A DNA stretch of 64,000 nucleotides, from the NCBI GenBank assembly GCA_951406725.2, contig OX597819.1, forward strand, positions 128,278,001 through 128,342,000. Direction: 5' to 3'. Shown piece after piece: positions 1 through 14,308 of the stretch. The notes below the pieces were generated by a model. That model was not told the DNA's origin. It searched no databases and saw nothing but the letters and a program-made list of their open reading frames with translations. Source of the DNA: Octopus vulgaris (taxonomy: Eukaryota). The position numbers and the translations under genes were made by a program. Positions within the stretch are counted from its first letter, which is position 1; the number at the start of each line of letters is the position of its first letter.

Positions 1-45
<45 letters not shown>

Positions 46-63
46 GTAATAATAATAATAATG

Positions 64-162
<99 letters not shown>

Positions 163-172
163 GTAATAATAA
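1..172. repeat. (AAT)n microsatellite
   Basis: Near-pure ATA/AAT triplet run; explains the poly-Ile ORF 61..255. Confidence 0.97.
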
Positions 173-325
173 TTCTGAACTCATCTGTAGACAAACTACG
201 GAATATTTGTAATTTTGTGGCCGTAGAAGATATGTACGTCATTAGATTAATGTAGACGTGTCCTATACTCATAAATATTAAATTTTGTGGAGCTGAGTGA
301 AACTGTTCTTAAATATACATAAGTA

Positions 326-697
326 TCTCTCTATATTTAAACGGCAAAATGTCTGTCTGTGTGTGTGCGTGTCCTTTATACAAATCCACAATTTTTCAGT
401 AAGAGGGCTCGCACTTTCTGTGGTCATTCAAAACCGTCCAAGGGTGGTCGCGCACATCTTTAAATTACCCCAATCACCCCGCAAAGCCATTAAAAAATCA
501 ATAGAAGTGACTTTTTTGTGAATTTTCAATCCAAAACCCCATCAAAATACCCGAAACTTGATACGTCAATTGAATGCCAGCTAGCTGTATGTGAGTGGTC
601 GGAGATTTGGACAGTACTCGCGTGTATGTGCGCATGCACGCAGCTGTATATGCATGCACTAGCACTATGACCCGGCAACACCGGGTCATAGTGCTAG
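326..697 (+). mobile_element. Non-autonomous Helitron
   Basis: Starts TC after host A (TCTCTCTATATTTAAACGGCA, same 5' end as 32631) and ends CTAG before host T. Subterminal hairpin at 657-699; no TSD. Confidence 0.75.
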
Positions 698-750
698 TGT
701 ACGTATATATATGTGTATATATATTGATGAATGTATGTATGTATGTATGT

Positions 751-842
<92 letters not shown>

Positions 843-1058
843 AATTAATTTTGTCAGTTTGCGGTTGTGGATTGGTGGAATTGTTAGATCCTGGATAAAA
901 AGCGTTGTGGTATTTGCTCCGGCTCTTACCTTTTTGAGTTGCTGGTGTACAAGTGGGAGATATGCTGCATGCGCAAATGCATAAAAATCTACCGCACGCT
1001 TCATCTCACGTGGAACTTCCAACCGTAGATGGCAATCAGCCCTGACCGACGACAGCCA

Positions 1059-1125
<67 letters not shown>

Positions 1126-1674
1126 TCTTATACTTGTATGTATGCTTGTGTATGTGTGTATATGTCTTTCCCAGCTGTATATCGACAAAGGACATAAACA
1201 TCCGTGAGAAAGCGTCTCGCCGTTGGAGATGCAATGAACCAGTGACTCGGCTGTTGCAAATCTCTAACCAACGACGCCGTGGTTCACTAACTGCGATATA
1301 AAATTCTAATAATAATAATAATAACAAAACTAGGGTATCAGATTCTTCACCTAATGACTAAAGTATGTTCTGCTGGTGGAATATTTGAGATGACTGAGGG
1401 CGAGGGGAAAATCTAACTAGTATAGTGACTAAAATATAATTTTTTAATAACTTAGCACAAAATTGAAAGATAGGAGTAAATAAAAGCAAACAGTTTTAAG
1501 GTTGTTCAACAAAACTCAGACCATCAACATTAAATGTCACGTGTGAAGAACAAAAGATCTAGAAATGGTATCCTGCTTCATATACTTTGGCACGATATAT
1601 ATGTGTGTGTGGATAATGGTATATGTATATGTATATATATATATACGAGAAAGAAGCAACAAGAATGGATTAGT

Positions 1675-1765
1675 TTTTAGTACAATTGTTTCATACAAAG
1701 ACAGGCTTTATTAAAAGTTGCAAAAATTGCAGCAGATAAAAGTGTCTCGTACTCATCAGCTAAAA
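1675..1765 (-). ncRNA. Type I hammerhead ribozyme (inverted copy)
   Basis: Reverse complement of the 2234-2323 motif with intact CUGAUGA and GAAA cores. Confidence 0.75.
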
Positions 1766-2233
1766 TACATATGAGTTCTCCAAACATCTTAGTGGGTGAG
1801 GCTATACTCATGAAGTATTGGAGATAATTTCATTAAAAGCAGATTTAGGTTGTAAACAGATTTCCGAAGTTCCTTAATGATGATGCACAGTCTTATCACA
1901 GGTTTTTTAAAAAAGCTTATTAGCTTCACAGAAAAGGTGAATTAATCCGTAGTGTAGATGTAAATTTCCAGAGATATGAGGAGGAATTTCATACTCACAG
2001 ACGATGAATTTATCCATGGTTAATCCGCAAGGAGGTGGGTATCATTTCCGGATTAATTCACCTTCTCTGTGAAGCTAATAAGCTTTTTTTAAAAAACCTG
2101 TGATAAGACTGTGCATCATCATTAAGGAACTTCGGAAATCTGTTTACAACCTAAATCTGCTTTTAATGAAATTATCTCCAATACTTCATGAGTATAGCCT
2201 CACCCACTAAGATGTTTGGAGAACTCATATGTA

Positions 2234-2323
2234 TTTTAGCTGATGAGTACGGGACACTTTTATCTGCTGCAATTTTGAAACTTTTAATAAAGCCTGTCTT
2301 TGTATGAAACAATTGTACTAAAA
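2234..2323 (+). ncRNA. Type I hammerhead ribozyme with long stem II
   Basis: ttttag-CTGATGA-gtac...gtat-GAAA-caattg-TA-ctaaaa: 6-bp stem I, canonical core, palindromic stem III, GUA cleavage triplet (cut after 2317). Confidence 0.8.
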
Positions 2324-2468
2324 ACTAATCCATTCTTGTTGCTTCTTTCTCGTTTATAATCACCCCACATCACTGTATGGTTAACACCATATAGTTTTCT
2401 GGTGCATCTAAGTTAAGTACCACATTCAAGTAAATTCATTGGAATTGACTTGAATCTTAATTGCTTTT

Positions 2469-2752
<284 letters not shown>

Positions 2753-2896
2753 TTATTTATATAAGGCCTTATTTTTCAAATACGCCAGCTGAATTCAATT
2801 CGTCTGAGGCGAAAGTCCCTGTTGTTATGTCCTATTGTAATTATTATCATTATTGTTTTTTGTATTTATATTCGTATTATTTTGTGGAACTTGCTC

Positions 2897-2963
<67 letters not shown>

Positions 2964-3374
2964 TTTATTTATACACGCACTTTTACATATACGCGTACAG
3001 CATGTTTAAAATGGTTGGAACAACGTCATGATATTCTACAAGACGGAACTGAAGTTTAAAATGATTTTAAAAATTGGTTAAAAACGGGAAATAATTAATA
3101 TTAAACTTCACGAAAATCAGCGAACAAGCAAACAGTGGATCCAAACATGTTCCTGTATGATAGGCTCGGATCAGCTCTGCTCACTGCGGATATTTTCAGA
3201 CAGGAAAATATTTTACAAATGGAATAAAACTTTACGAATAGTTTGAATAGAGAGAAATTTGAAGAATTTCCCATTTAGTTAGAAAATGAAAATAATTAGT
3301 AGTAATTTTTAGCCACCGTAAAAGAAAATGAAGATAATGCTTCCCATTCACAGAATATAAAAGAAATTGCAGTT

Positions 3375-3515
3375 ATATATATGTTTGTATGTGTGTGTGT
3401 GTATATGTGTGTGTGTGTATGTATGCATGTGTGTATGTGTGTGTGTATATATATGTTTGTATGTATGTATGTATGTATGTATGTATGTATTAATGTGTGT
3501 GCATGTATGTATGTG

Positions 3516-3556
<41 letters not shown>

Positions 3557-4055
3557 GTATATATGTATGCATGTATGTATGTATACATGCATGTAGGTAT
3601 GCAAGTATGTATGTGTGCATGCATGTATGTATGTATGTATGTATGTATGTATGCATGCATGTATGTATGTATGTATGTATGTTTGTATGTATGTATGTAT
3701 GTGTGTATGTATGTATGTATGCATGTATGTATGTATGTATTAATGTGTGCATGTATGTATGTGTGTATGTATGCATGTATGTATGTATGTAAGTATGTAT
3801 GCATGTATGTAAGTATGCATGCATGTATGTGTGCATGTATGTATGTATGTATGTGTGCATGTATTTATGTGTATATGTATGTATACATGTGTGCATGTAT
3901 GTATATATATATGTATGCATGTATGCATGTATGTATGTATGTGTGTGTATGTATGTATGCATGCATGTATGTCCCTTGTATGTATGTATGTATGTATGTA
4001 TACATGTATGTATGTGTGTTTGTATGTGTGTGTGTATGTATGTATGTATGTATAC
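3375..4055. repeat. Compound (TATG)n/(TG)n microsatellite
   Basis: Visible tandem tetramers. Confidence 0.95.
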
Positions 4056-4472
4056 GTCATTCAGTCCTTGAGCCTTTAACTTTTTTACCTGTTGGCCCAT
4101 TTAAATTACTTCTCATTGATCATTAATTTTTTTTTTAATTATGTAAACCGCTGCCGATTTAAACTTATTGTAACTCATTTCCTTTACAAGAATGAACTGG
4201 CACACTACTCAAATAAAACTAAAACCTATTCATATATGTTCTTTGGCCAGTAAAGTAAAGCATGCGTTGGTCCCTCAGCATGCAAGTTTAAGGTTCGAAT
4301 TACCGATTCACGGCCATAAATTTACATGATGTGTGAACATAAAAGAAAATGCAATGCAATATTTGTTTCTACAACGCCACCGAGGTAAGTTTTTGTCTAT
4401 CATCCTATTGTGTTCAATAAAAATAGTATTTTTTCAGGCCAGTAGATTGCTGGAATTGTATTGACGTCGAAA

Positions 4473-5019
4473 GGCGGCGAGCTGGCAGAAACGTTAGCAC
4501 GCCAGCCGAAATGCCTAGCAGTATTTCGTCTGTCGTTACGTTCTGAATTCAAATTCCGCCGAGGTCGACTTTGCCTTTCATCCTTTCGGATGAATCGACT
4601 TAATACCTATGTCTGTCCTTGTTTGTCTCCTCTATGTTTAGCCTCTTGTGGGTAATAAAGAAATAGGTATTTCGTCTGCGGTTACGTTCTGAGTTCAACT
4701 TTGCCTTTCATCCTTTAGGGGTCGATACAATTAAGTACCAGTTACGCAGTGGGGTCGATGTAATAGACTTAATCCGTTTGTCTGCCCTTGTTTGTCCCCT
4801 CTGTGTTTAGCCCCTTGTGGGTAATAAAGAAATAGGTATTTCGTCTGCATTTACGTTCTGAGTTCAAATTCCGCCGAGGTCGACTTTGCCTTTCATCCTT
4901 TCGGGATCGATTAAATGAGTACCAGTAAATCGCTGGGGTCGATATAATCGACTTAATCCCCTTGTCTGTCCTTGTTTGTCCCCTCTATGTTTAGCCCCCT
5001 GTGGGCAATAAAGAAATAA
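4473..5019 (+). mobile_element. SINE family B, one head plus three tandem bodies
   Basis: Head ggcggcgagctggcagaaacgttagc, B-box-like gagttcaaattcc; body gtatttcgtctg...taaagaaata repeated three times; many copies elsewhere in window. Confidence 0.85.
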
Positions 5020-5453
5020 ATTGTATGGGTGTCGAACTGGGTTCTGTGCAGTATTTATTTCAGCGCTTTACGTTCCGTGTTCAAATCCTGTGGTGGCTTG
5101 CCTGGATGTAGGATTAATCTGTTACCCGGTAAAACACTACCACCTAACACCTTGAATGCCTTTTGCCGAGTCCAGTTAATTTCAAGCATTTGGCTATGCA
5201 TCCAGTTTGGGGATAACTTTTCTTTCTCTCTCCTATTAATCTTAGAGACATTACGAAGGACCATGGGCGTTACATTCCTTCATGATTAAGGGATGAAAGA
5301 ATTGTATTGTAAAATTTAATCTAAATTTCTTGCAATTATCTCAGCTTCCATTCGAGAGACGATAACTCTTAAAGTGGCTTTTAAGAGAGAAGTCTCAATA
5401 AACTTGAATATTCCAAATATCACCAGTTGTAATGAATTATCATAATCTATGTC

Positions 5454-5499
<46 letters not shown>

Positions 5500-5613
5500 C
5501 GTGCGTTTTTGCAAGCTTATGTATATGTGTGTATGCTATGTACGTATGTATGTGCATGTACGTCTGTATGGATCTATGTATATGCAATTAAACAGATAGA
5601 TAGATAAATAGAT

Positions 5614-5695
<82 letters not shown>

Positions 5696-5707
5696 GGATA
5701 GATTTAT

Positions 5708-6095
5708 AAGTTTCTTTATTGGCCACACAGGGCTGCACACAGATGCGACAAGTTACAAGGTAGAGCTTTTCTTTTGGGGGATGAAAAAACAAAAAAACAA
5801 AAGAAACAAAAAAAAAGGTGGCGTAGGTTTTCGATCAAAAGGGATCGTAAAAGGGAAAAAAAGAACAAAAAATAAAAGAAAAGAAAAAAAGAAAAAAATA
5901 GGAAAAGGAAGAAAGGAAAAGAGAAATGAAAAAAAGAAGAAAAAGGGGAAAAAAGGGTAAGAGGGAAAAAAACGATCAATAGGGATCGTGTATCACAGTG
6001 TTATGATGTATGGTGTAAAGGAGAAAGCAAGTAAGGTTTATCCGTGGGAAGAAAAGCCTACGAAAAAGACCACGGTAACCTTGGTCAATATTGTT
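5708..6095 (-). mobile_element. Probable 3' end of a non-LTR retroelement
   Basis: Ends AATAAAGAAA on minus strand; the same terminal segment (gccacacagggctgcacacagat...acaaggtagagcttttctttt) recurs at ~47690-47780. Confidence 0.5.
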
Positions 6096-6708
6096 ATATA
6101 GACAGATAGATAGATAGATAGATAGATAGGTAGGTAGGTAGGTAGGTAGGTAGGTAGGTAGATAGGTAGGTAGGTAGGTAGGTAGGTAGGTAGACAGATA
6201 GATACTGGTAAACTCCGATTCCATAATTCTATATAAGCTATACAACATTGTAATAACTGTCAGTATGATATATTAAACAAGACTATGATAAGAATAAATA
6301 ATATTTACGAAATACAAATGATTAAATATTAAATAATATAACGTAATAAAATATGTCAATATGAATCGTGTTAGGTTTTCGTGTAAGAAAGATGCGGAAA
6401 CAATGACAACCAATATGATTCATCGAACAGATTAACTATTAATATCTGCTGTAATATTTACACACACACGCATACACATTAGCAAACAAATATGAATATA
6501 CGTATAGAGTTTATTTAAGGCGAATTGTTTGCTGAGAAGATTAGGCGGCGAGTTTCCCCCTTTTTTTTCCACAATTGTGAGAAGATCCTGTCTGACGTCA
6601 GAGAAGAAGAGATGGCAGGTTTCGACAGGTTATTCAGCTCATTCAATACACTTTACACCTGTATTGAATACTTCTCTGGATCATCTCCCAGCACACGTTG
6701 ATACACAT

Positions 6709-6935
6709 GCGAGCTGGCAGAAACGTTAGCACGCCGGACGACCTGCGTAGCCGTATTTCGTCTGTCGTTACGTTCCGAGTTCAAATTCCGCCGAGGTCGA
6801 CTTTACCTTTCATCCTTTCGGGGTCGATAAATTAAGTACCAGTTACGCACTGGGGTCGATGTAATCGACTTAATCCCTTTGTCTGTCCTTGTTTGTCCCC
6901 TCTGTGTTTAGCCCCTTGTGGGTAGTAAAGAAATA
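6709..6935 (+). mobile_element. SINE family B
   Basis: Full match to the family B sequence seen at 4473, 52881 and 60030. Confidence 0.85.
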
Positions 6936-6951
6936 AATATTTATATATACG

Positions 6952-7165
6952 CTTTTACTCTTTTACTTGTTTCAGCCATTTGACTGCGGCCATGCTGGGG
7001 CACCGCCTTTAGTCGAGCAAATCGACCCTCAGGACTTATTCTTTGTAAGCCCAGTACTTATTCTATCGGTCTCTTTGCCGAACCGCTAAGTTACGGGAAC
7101 GTAAACACACCAGCATCGGCTGTCAAGCGATGTTGGGGGGACAGGCACAGACACATAGACAGACA

Positions 7166-7239
<74 letters not shown>

Positions 7240-7400
7240 CATATATACATATATACGACGGGCTTCTTTCAGTTTCCGTCTACCAAATCCACTAACAAGG
7301 CTTTGGTCCGCTCGGGGCTATAGTAGAAGACACTTGCCCAAGGTGCCACAGAGTGGGACTGAACTCGGAACCATGTGGCTGGTAAGCAAACTACTTACCA
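6952..7400 (-). mobile_element. SINE family A (tRNA head, internal microsatellite)
   Basis: Reverse complement of 9879-10280. Confidence 0.85.
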
Positions 7401-7620
7401 ATATTTGGGGATGGTCATTTTTTTGCCAAATAAACACACGCACTGTATATATTTATTCTTCACTCTTTTATTACTGTTTTTTGTTTTATACTATTTTTAT
7501 TTTATAATGTCCATCGTCCGGAAAACTTTTGTCCCACACCCGTGATCACTTCAGTAACACTGTCCGTCCACGTGTGACTCCTGCTCCGCTTAATCCAATC
7601 TGTCCTTATTGGCGCATGCA
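7401..7620 (-). mobile_element. PLE pLTR fragment with decayed hammerhead
   Basis: Homologous to 34190-34330 and 56585-56760; core decayed to CTGAAGT...AAAA. Confidence 0.55.
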
Positions 7621-7646
7621 GCTGTATCTGTAACTCTGCGTGTGTG

Positions 7647-7685
<39 letters not shown>

Positions 7686-7756
7686 TGAGTGTGCGTGTGG
7701 CTGGGTGTATTGGTGTGAGTGGTCGTACGCGTGTCCATGTGTTTCGCATGTGTGTT

Positions 7757-7790
<34 letters not shown>

Positions 7791-7819
7791 GATAGATAGA
7801 TAGATAGATAAAGAGAATG

Positions 7820-7855
<36 letters not shown>

Positions 7856-7876
7856 TATACACACACACACACACAC

Positions 7877-7920
<44 letters not shown>

Positions 7921-8191
7921 GTGTGTGTGTGTGTGTGTATGTAAGCATGTGTGTGTGCATGTATGCATATATGTATGTATAAATGCATACATACATACAT
8001 TTATCTATCACTGAGATTTGTCCAAATATATATATATATGTCCAAATATATATATAATATAAATATATGCATATATACATACATATCACTTAACTTCGAG
8101 CTGCAGGAAATATACCGGACTGGCTTGGTACCTCAGTTTAAGTACCTAATTCAACTGAAACTTATTGCATATATATATATATATATATGTA

Positions 8192-8435
8192 TATATAATT
8201 CATAAATAAGGGCAAACCAAAAAATTTCTAATGCAAAATATGCCGAAAAATTGGACATATTGTCCATTAACCATATAATATGACCAATTTTTCGGCATAT
8301 TCGGCATTAGAAATTTTTTCGTTTGCCCTTATTTATGAATTATATAAATTTAACATTTAAAGGTATTTTTTAATATGCTGCCTATTGATAAAATTTTTGT
8401 TTTCGAAAAAAAAAAAAATTTTATCCTACTTTAGA

Positions 8436-8436
<1 letters not shown>
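8192..8436 (+). mobile_element. Fold-back element with tail in (TA)n
   Basis: Inverted repeat 8192-8261 / 8277-8346; tail (tttaaaggtattttttaatatgctg...atccta) shared with 23011-23091. Confidence 0.7.
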
Positions 8437-8488
<52 letters not shown>

Positions 8489-8586
8489 TATCTCTATATT
8501 TATTTATATATACATACATATATATGTGTGTATGTATATATATTTATTTATTTATATAAATATATATTTATATATACATATATATA

Positions 8587-8640
<54 letters not shown>

Positions 8641-8664
8641 TATACATATATATATATGTATGTG

Positions 8665-8715
<51 letters not shown>

Positions 8716-9356
8716 TTGTGTGTGTGTCTATGTTTGTCCCCACATCATCGCTTGATAACCGACGTTGGTGGGTTTGCGTCCCTGTAAGTTAGGGGTTCGC
8801 GAAAAAGACCGATAGAATAAGTGCTGGGGTCGATTTGTTCGACTAAAAGCTGTGCACCAGCATGGCTGCAATCAAATGACTGAAACAAATAAAAGAATAA
8901 AAGAATATATATATTATATATGTATATATGTATATTATACTTATGTATAAATGTATATATGCATACACACACACACACACACCCTGACATTTATATATAT
9001 ATATATACGTGTGCGTTGTGTGTATGTATATGTGTGTGTGTGTGTGCACGCACGCACTGTATACTTATATATATATATATATACATGCATGTATAGGAAT
9101 AAGTACGCAGAAATATATACATATATATAAGTCAATATTTACATATAGCTATATATGTACATCTATAAATTCATAGACACGTGTGTATATACATATATAC
9201 ACACATAGAGTTAAGCATATGATCATTATATCTTGTGTGTTTGTGTGAGTTTGTACACACACCTATGTATATATACACATTGACATATACATATGCACGT
9301 ATGAATGACTGGTATGTGCGTATGTGCGTGTATACACACACACACAGACATGTATA

Positions 9357-9387
<31 letters not shown>

Positions 9388-9845
9388 CTAATACAGAGAA
9401 TTTAAATGTTACATATTAATTAATTACATAATATGTATTAAATCCTGTAAATATCTAATGCGATCTGTTTGTTTAGTAAATTCATATATGCATATCAAAC
9501 AAATTGTAATTCTTGTGTATCATATGTTTAAAAGTAAATCGCCACTACATTCTTGCGGGAATGTTTGTTTCTATGCGTATATATATATATATATATTCAA
9601 TATGTATATATATATACATATGTATATGTATATATATACACACACACATATAAATTTATATATATATAATGGGTGTGCGTGTATAAATACATACACATAT
9701 ATGTACATATATATGTGTATAAATACATATATAAATGTATATATGTATATATATACATACGTACATTCATATATATATTTTTGCATTTATATTTGTATGT
9801 ATATATATATATATATGTATGTATATATATATATATATGTATATA

Positions 9846-9878
<33 letters not shown>

Positions 9879-9881
<3 letters not shown>

Positions 9882-10280
9882 TGGCTGTGTGGTAAGTAGC
9901 TTGCTAACCAACCACATGGTTCCGGGTTCAGTCCCACTGCGTGGCATCTTGGGCAAGTGTCTTCTGCTATAGCCCTGGGCCGACCAATGCCTTGTGAGTG
10001 GATTTGGTAGACGGAAACTGAAAGAAGCCTGTCGTATATATGTATATATATATATGTGTTTGTTTGTGTGTCTGTGTTTGTTCCCCTAGCATTGCTTGAC
10101 AACCGATGCTGGTGTGTTTACGTCCCCGTCACTTAGCGGTTCGGCAAAAAAGAGACCGATAGAATAAGTACTGGGCTTACAAAGAATAAGTCCCGGGGTC
10201 GAGTTGCTCGATTAAAGGCGGTGCTCCAGCATGGCCGCAGTCAAATGACTGAAACAAGTAAAAGAGAAAGAGAAAGAGAA
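9879..10280 (+). mobile_element. SINE family A
   Basis: A-box-like gtggctgtgtggtaag, B-box-like gggttcagtccc, central TA/TG tract, 3' end tgactgaaacaagtaaaagag. Confidence 0.88.
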
Positions 10281-10703
10281 TATATATATATATATATACA
10301 CATATATATATATAAATCCATATATATTTATATATACACATATGCATACATATATTGATGGATAGATAGATAGATGATAGATAGAGAGGTAGGTAAGTAC
10401 ATAAATACATATTTATGAAAATATATATGTAGCTGTACATATATTCATACTCAAACATGTATTAATGCGTGTGAGAGCGTCTTAATGTATGGGTGTGGAT
10501 ATGTGTGTGCGTGGGGGGGGGGGTTGCGTGAGTTTAATTGTTTTCTGTTTTGTATCATTGATGCAAATTCGTACAGGTAAATCTTGCTTTGTCTATCGAG
10601 TGCACTTGTAAACAACTTTATATCGTAATCTTTCGAAAGTTGTAGATTCAGAAACACAAATATATATGCATAGTTTTTAATATTCATTAATATAACATAT
10701 ATA

Positions 10704-10759
<56 letters not shown>

Positions 10760-10762
<3 letters not shown>

Positions 10763-10994
10763 TATATAAGGGTAGACATTGATATTAATCGATTAAAACC
10801 AGTGGTCTAGTATATTTTTTTTAAAAACGAAGATTAAAATTTTTTTTACATACAAAATCTAGAGGACTGACCACTAAAAGTGGACAGCCTCTATGCTAGA
10901 TATAGATGTCAAAATATATTCTCCGTGGAAAATGGCGATTTTGACGTCTATATCTAGCATACAGGCTGTCCACGTTTAGTGGTCAATCCTCTAA

Positions 10995-10998
<4 letters not shown>
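10760..10998 (-). mobile_element. Fold-back element in (TA)n
   Basis: Inverted repeat 10860-10915 / 10938-10993; related to 22855-23091 (gtggaca...tatgctaga; ctagaccactgg). Confidence 0.65.
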
Positions 10999-11084
<86 letters not shown>

Positions 11085-11089
<5 letters not shown>

Positions 11090-11295
11090 ATATTAGGGAA
11101 TAAATCCAAATTTACAGGGAAAAAATCAGATTTAGGATTAAATCCAATTTTATAGTAAAATATTATATAATATTATTAGAGACAAAACCACTATTTTGCA
11201 AAACAAACAAGGAAAGACTTAATCAATACATAAAATTTTATGTATTGATTAAGTCTTTCCTTGTTTGTTTTGCAAAATAGTGGTTTTGTCTCTAA

Positions 11296-11307
<12 letters not shown>
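11085..11307 (-). mobile_element. PLE-derived element with a perfect 144-bp palindrome plus tail
   Basis: 11164-11307 is a spacerless palindrome centred at 11235/11236; same family at 16497, 51704 and 55358. Confidence 0.8.
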
Positions 11308-11359
<52 letters not shown>

Positions 11360-11833
11360 CATACATGCATACATCTACATACATGCGTGTGCACGCGTGT
11401 GTGTATATATATATGTATACATACGCACACACCATGACATATATATTTACATATATGTGTATGTATGTAATGTATATATGTATCTATGCACTGCTATGCA
11501 CAAAGATGCATGAACCTTTGCTGATATACGTGTGTTTGCACGTGTAGATGCATCTGCATGCACTTGCGGTTGCATATGTGCAGGCGGGTGTCGAAACAGA
11601 CATGTCCACACGTGCATAGGTGTTTAGTCATACAGTAAGTATCTATTTAGGATTTATATGCAAAAATGCATTATGTATGTAGACATCTTTTTATGTACAC
11701 ACCCACACACAAAACCCATACACCCACACTCGTATACGTTGGTATGCATATATGTATATATTTAAGTGTGTATTTGTATGTATGTATGTACATATGTATG
11801 TATGCATGTATCTATATATATATGTATAAATGC

Positions 11834-11888
<55 letters not shown>

Positions 11889-12001
11889 TAAATAGACAGA
11901 CAGATGGACGGGCGCACGGGCGCACTTACAGACAGATAGATAGATATAGACAGATATATCTTATATCAATATATATATGTATACACAAATACACATATGC
12001 A

Positions 12002-12049
<48 letters not shown>

Positions 12050-12076
12050 TATATACATACCTATATATACACATAC

Positions 12077-12113
<37 letters not shown>

Positions 12114-12946
12114 CCTGTATATACACATACATATATATATATATATATACATATATGTCTGTGTGTATGTGTGTGCGCATGTGAATGTTGTGGGTGTGTG
12201 TTGTGGGTGGGTGTTGTGTGTGAGTATGTGTAAGCACATAGTTGCAGAGACGTTTTGGTGTATGATTTTACGTGCACGTAAAAATATATGTTATAGATTA
12301 CATTGATAACACGCGAGATATTTGAACTTCATAATCAAATAGGCATTCACGCTCGCTTACAGGTAAACTCACCTGGATACGCGTGCATACATAGTGGCAT
12401 GTACGTTCATACACTAGCATAACTATGATCGTCTACCAATGGAAATACACATGCAATCACATACACACATAAATATACAGGGAATAAATAAGTGCGTTAA
12501 CGTTATACATACACACATGTACGATATACATAGTCAATAGGGTACATATAGAGAGCGAGCATCGAGGAGTAAATAAGTTGTGCCTAAAGGAAAATAGCGA
12601 TACATTGATATAGAATTTGAGAGCGGCAATCATGGCTCCCAAACGCAATATTATATAATGTGCATTCGTTTCAAATCTTCAGCACATGCACGCACTTCCT
12701 TACGCACAAACAGCCACACACACACATGCATGCATATATATATATATGCATGTATGTATACATATATATGCATATATATATGTGTGTATACATATATACA
12801 TATATATATTTAATTTTATTTGTTAGGGAATAAAAACTCCGGCATTACAGGGGTTCAAATTATTCTCAATGAAGAAATATATATTTTCATTTAGAGATAT
12901 TTTCATCTCACCATATAAAAAAGAACATATATATTAAATACCTACT

Positions 12947-13044
<98 letters not shown>

Positions 13045-13072
13045 CATACATATATATATGCATAGATATATG

Positions 13073-13107
<35 letters not shown>

Positions 13108-13376
13108 ATATACATAGACATATGTATACACACATATATAAGTTCATATATGTTTGCGTCTGGGTGTATAAATCTCTAGATAGATCTTTAAATTTATAAA
13201 TACATGTGCATCTAAATATTCGAATACTAAATACCGATGCATGCATAAATATCATACAAATATAAATATATATATATATATGTATGAATATATATTTGTT
13301 TGTGTATGTATACATATATTGGAAGGTCATATATATAAGTACTTGTATTCTTATCTTAAATGTGTTGAATTTTATA

Positions 13377-13432
<56 letters not shown>

Positions 13433-13525
13433 GTTATTATGGTTGTAGTTTTGTTAATTAAATAAGACAACATTTTAATATCCTGAAGCTGATAAACCAA
13501 CTAATGGGTTTCTCCATTTTGTTAT

Positions 13526-13558
<33 letters not shown>

Positions 13559-13685
13559 TTGTGTACGTATATTTGTATTTCTATATACAGGAGGTTAGAG
13601 GATAACAGGTTTAAATAGTAGATCATATATAATAGCAGATTTCTGCAGGTCTCTCCAGTGCTTGAATATACACTAGTGTAGGATA

Positions 13686-13726
<41 letters not shown>

Positions 13727-13879
13727 TGTATCGGAGAGTGTGTGATGCATATATGTACATATTTGTTTGAATTTATATATAGATATGTATATGTAAATGT
13801 ATATGTGCGTGTGTGTACAAATAGATATAAAAGTATGTGTATATATATGTGAGTGTATGTGTGTACATATGCATGCATG

Positions 13880-13930
<51 letters not shown>

Positions 13931-14105
13931 ATGTATGTGTATATATATATCAAGATTTCGCTTGGGCGTAGCGATTATGATAATGTTTAGTAAGGTTTAC
14001 ATACATTTAAGAATAGAGTTAGGCGAGTACAGAGCTCCATATAAAACTAAATAAATTACAAAGGAAGAGGAAACATGTAATCAAATTTAATTCCAGCCAT
14101 TTGTC

Positions 14106-14153
<48 letters not shown>

Positions 14154-14267
14154 GCCCATACATGAGCCTAAGTGCATAAATATGTATGTACATATATGCG
14201 TATAATATAAGTACATTATATATATATATGTATATATATATATACATGCATGTATATATATATGTAA

Positions 14268-14308
<41 letters not shown>

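Noticed and set aside
2760-2830. cgcc...ggcGAAAgtc motif between (TA)n runs
   Set aside because: No recognisable 5' core or stem I.
6592-6603. CRE-like palindrome tctgacgtcaga
   Set aside because: A single short motif with no promoter context; plausible by chance in 64 kb.
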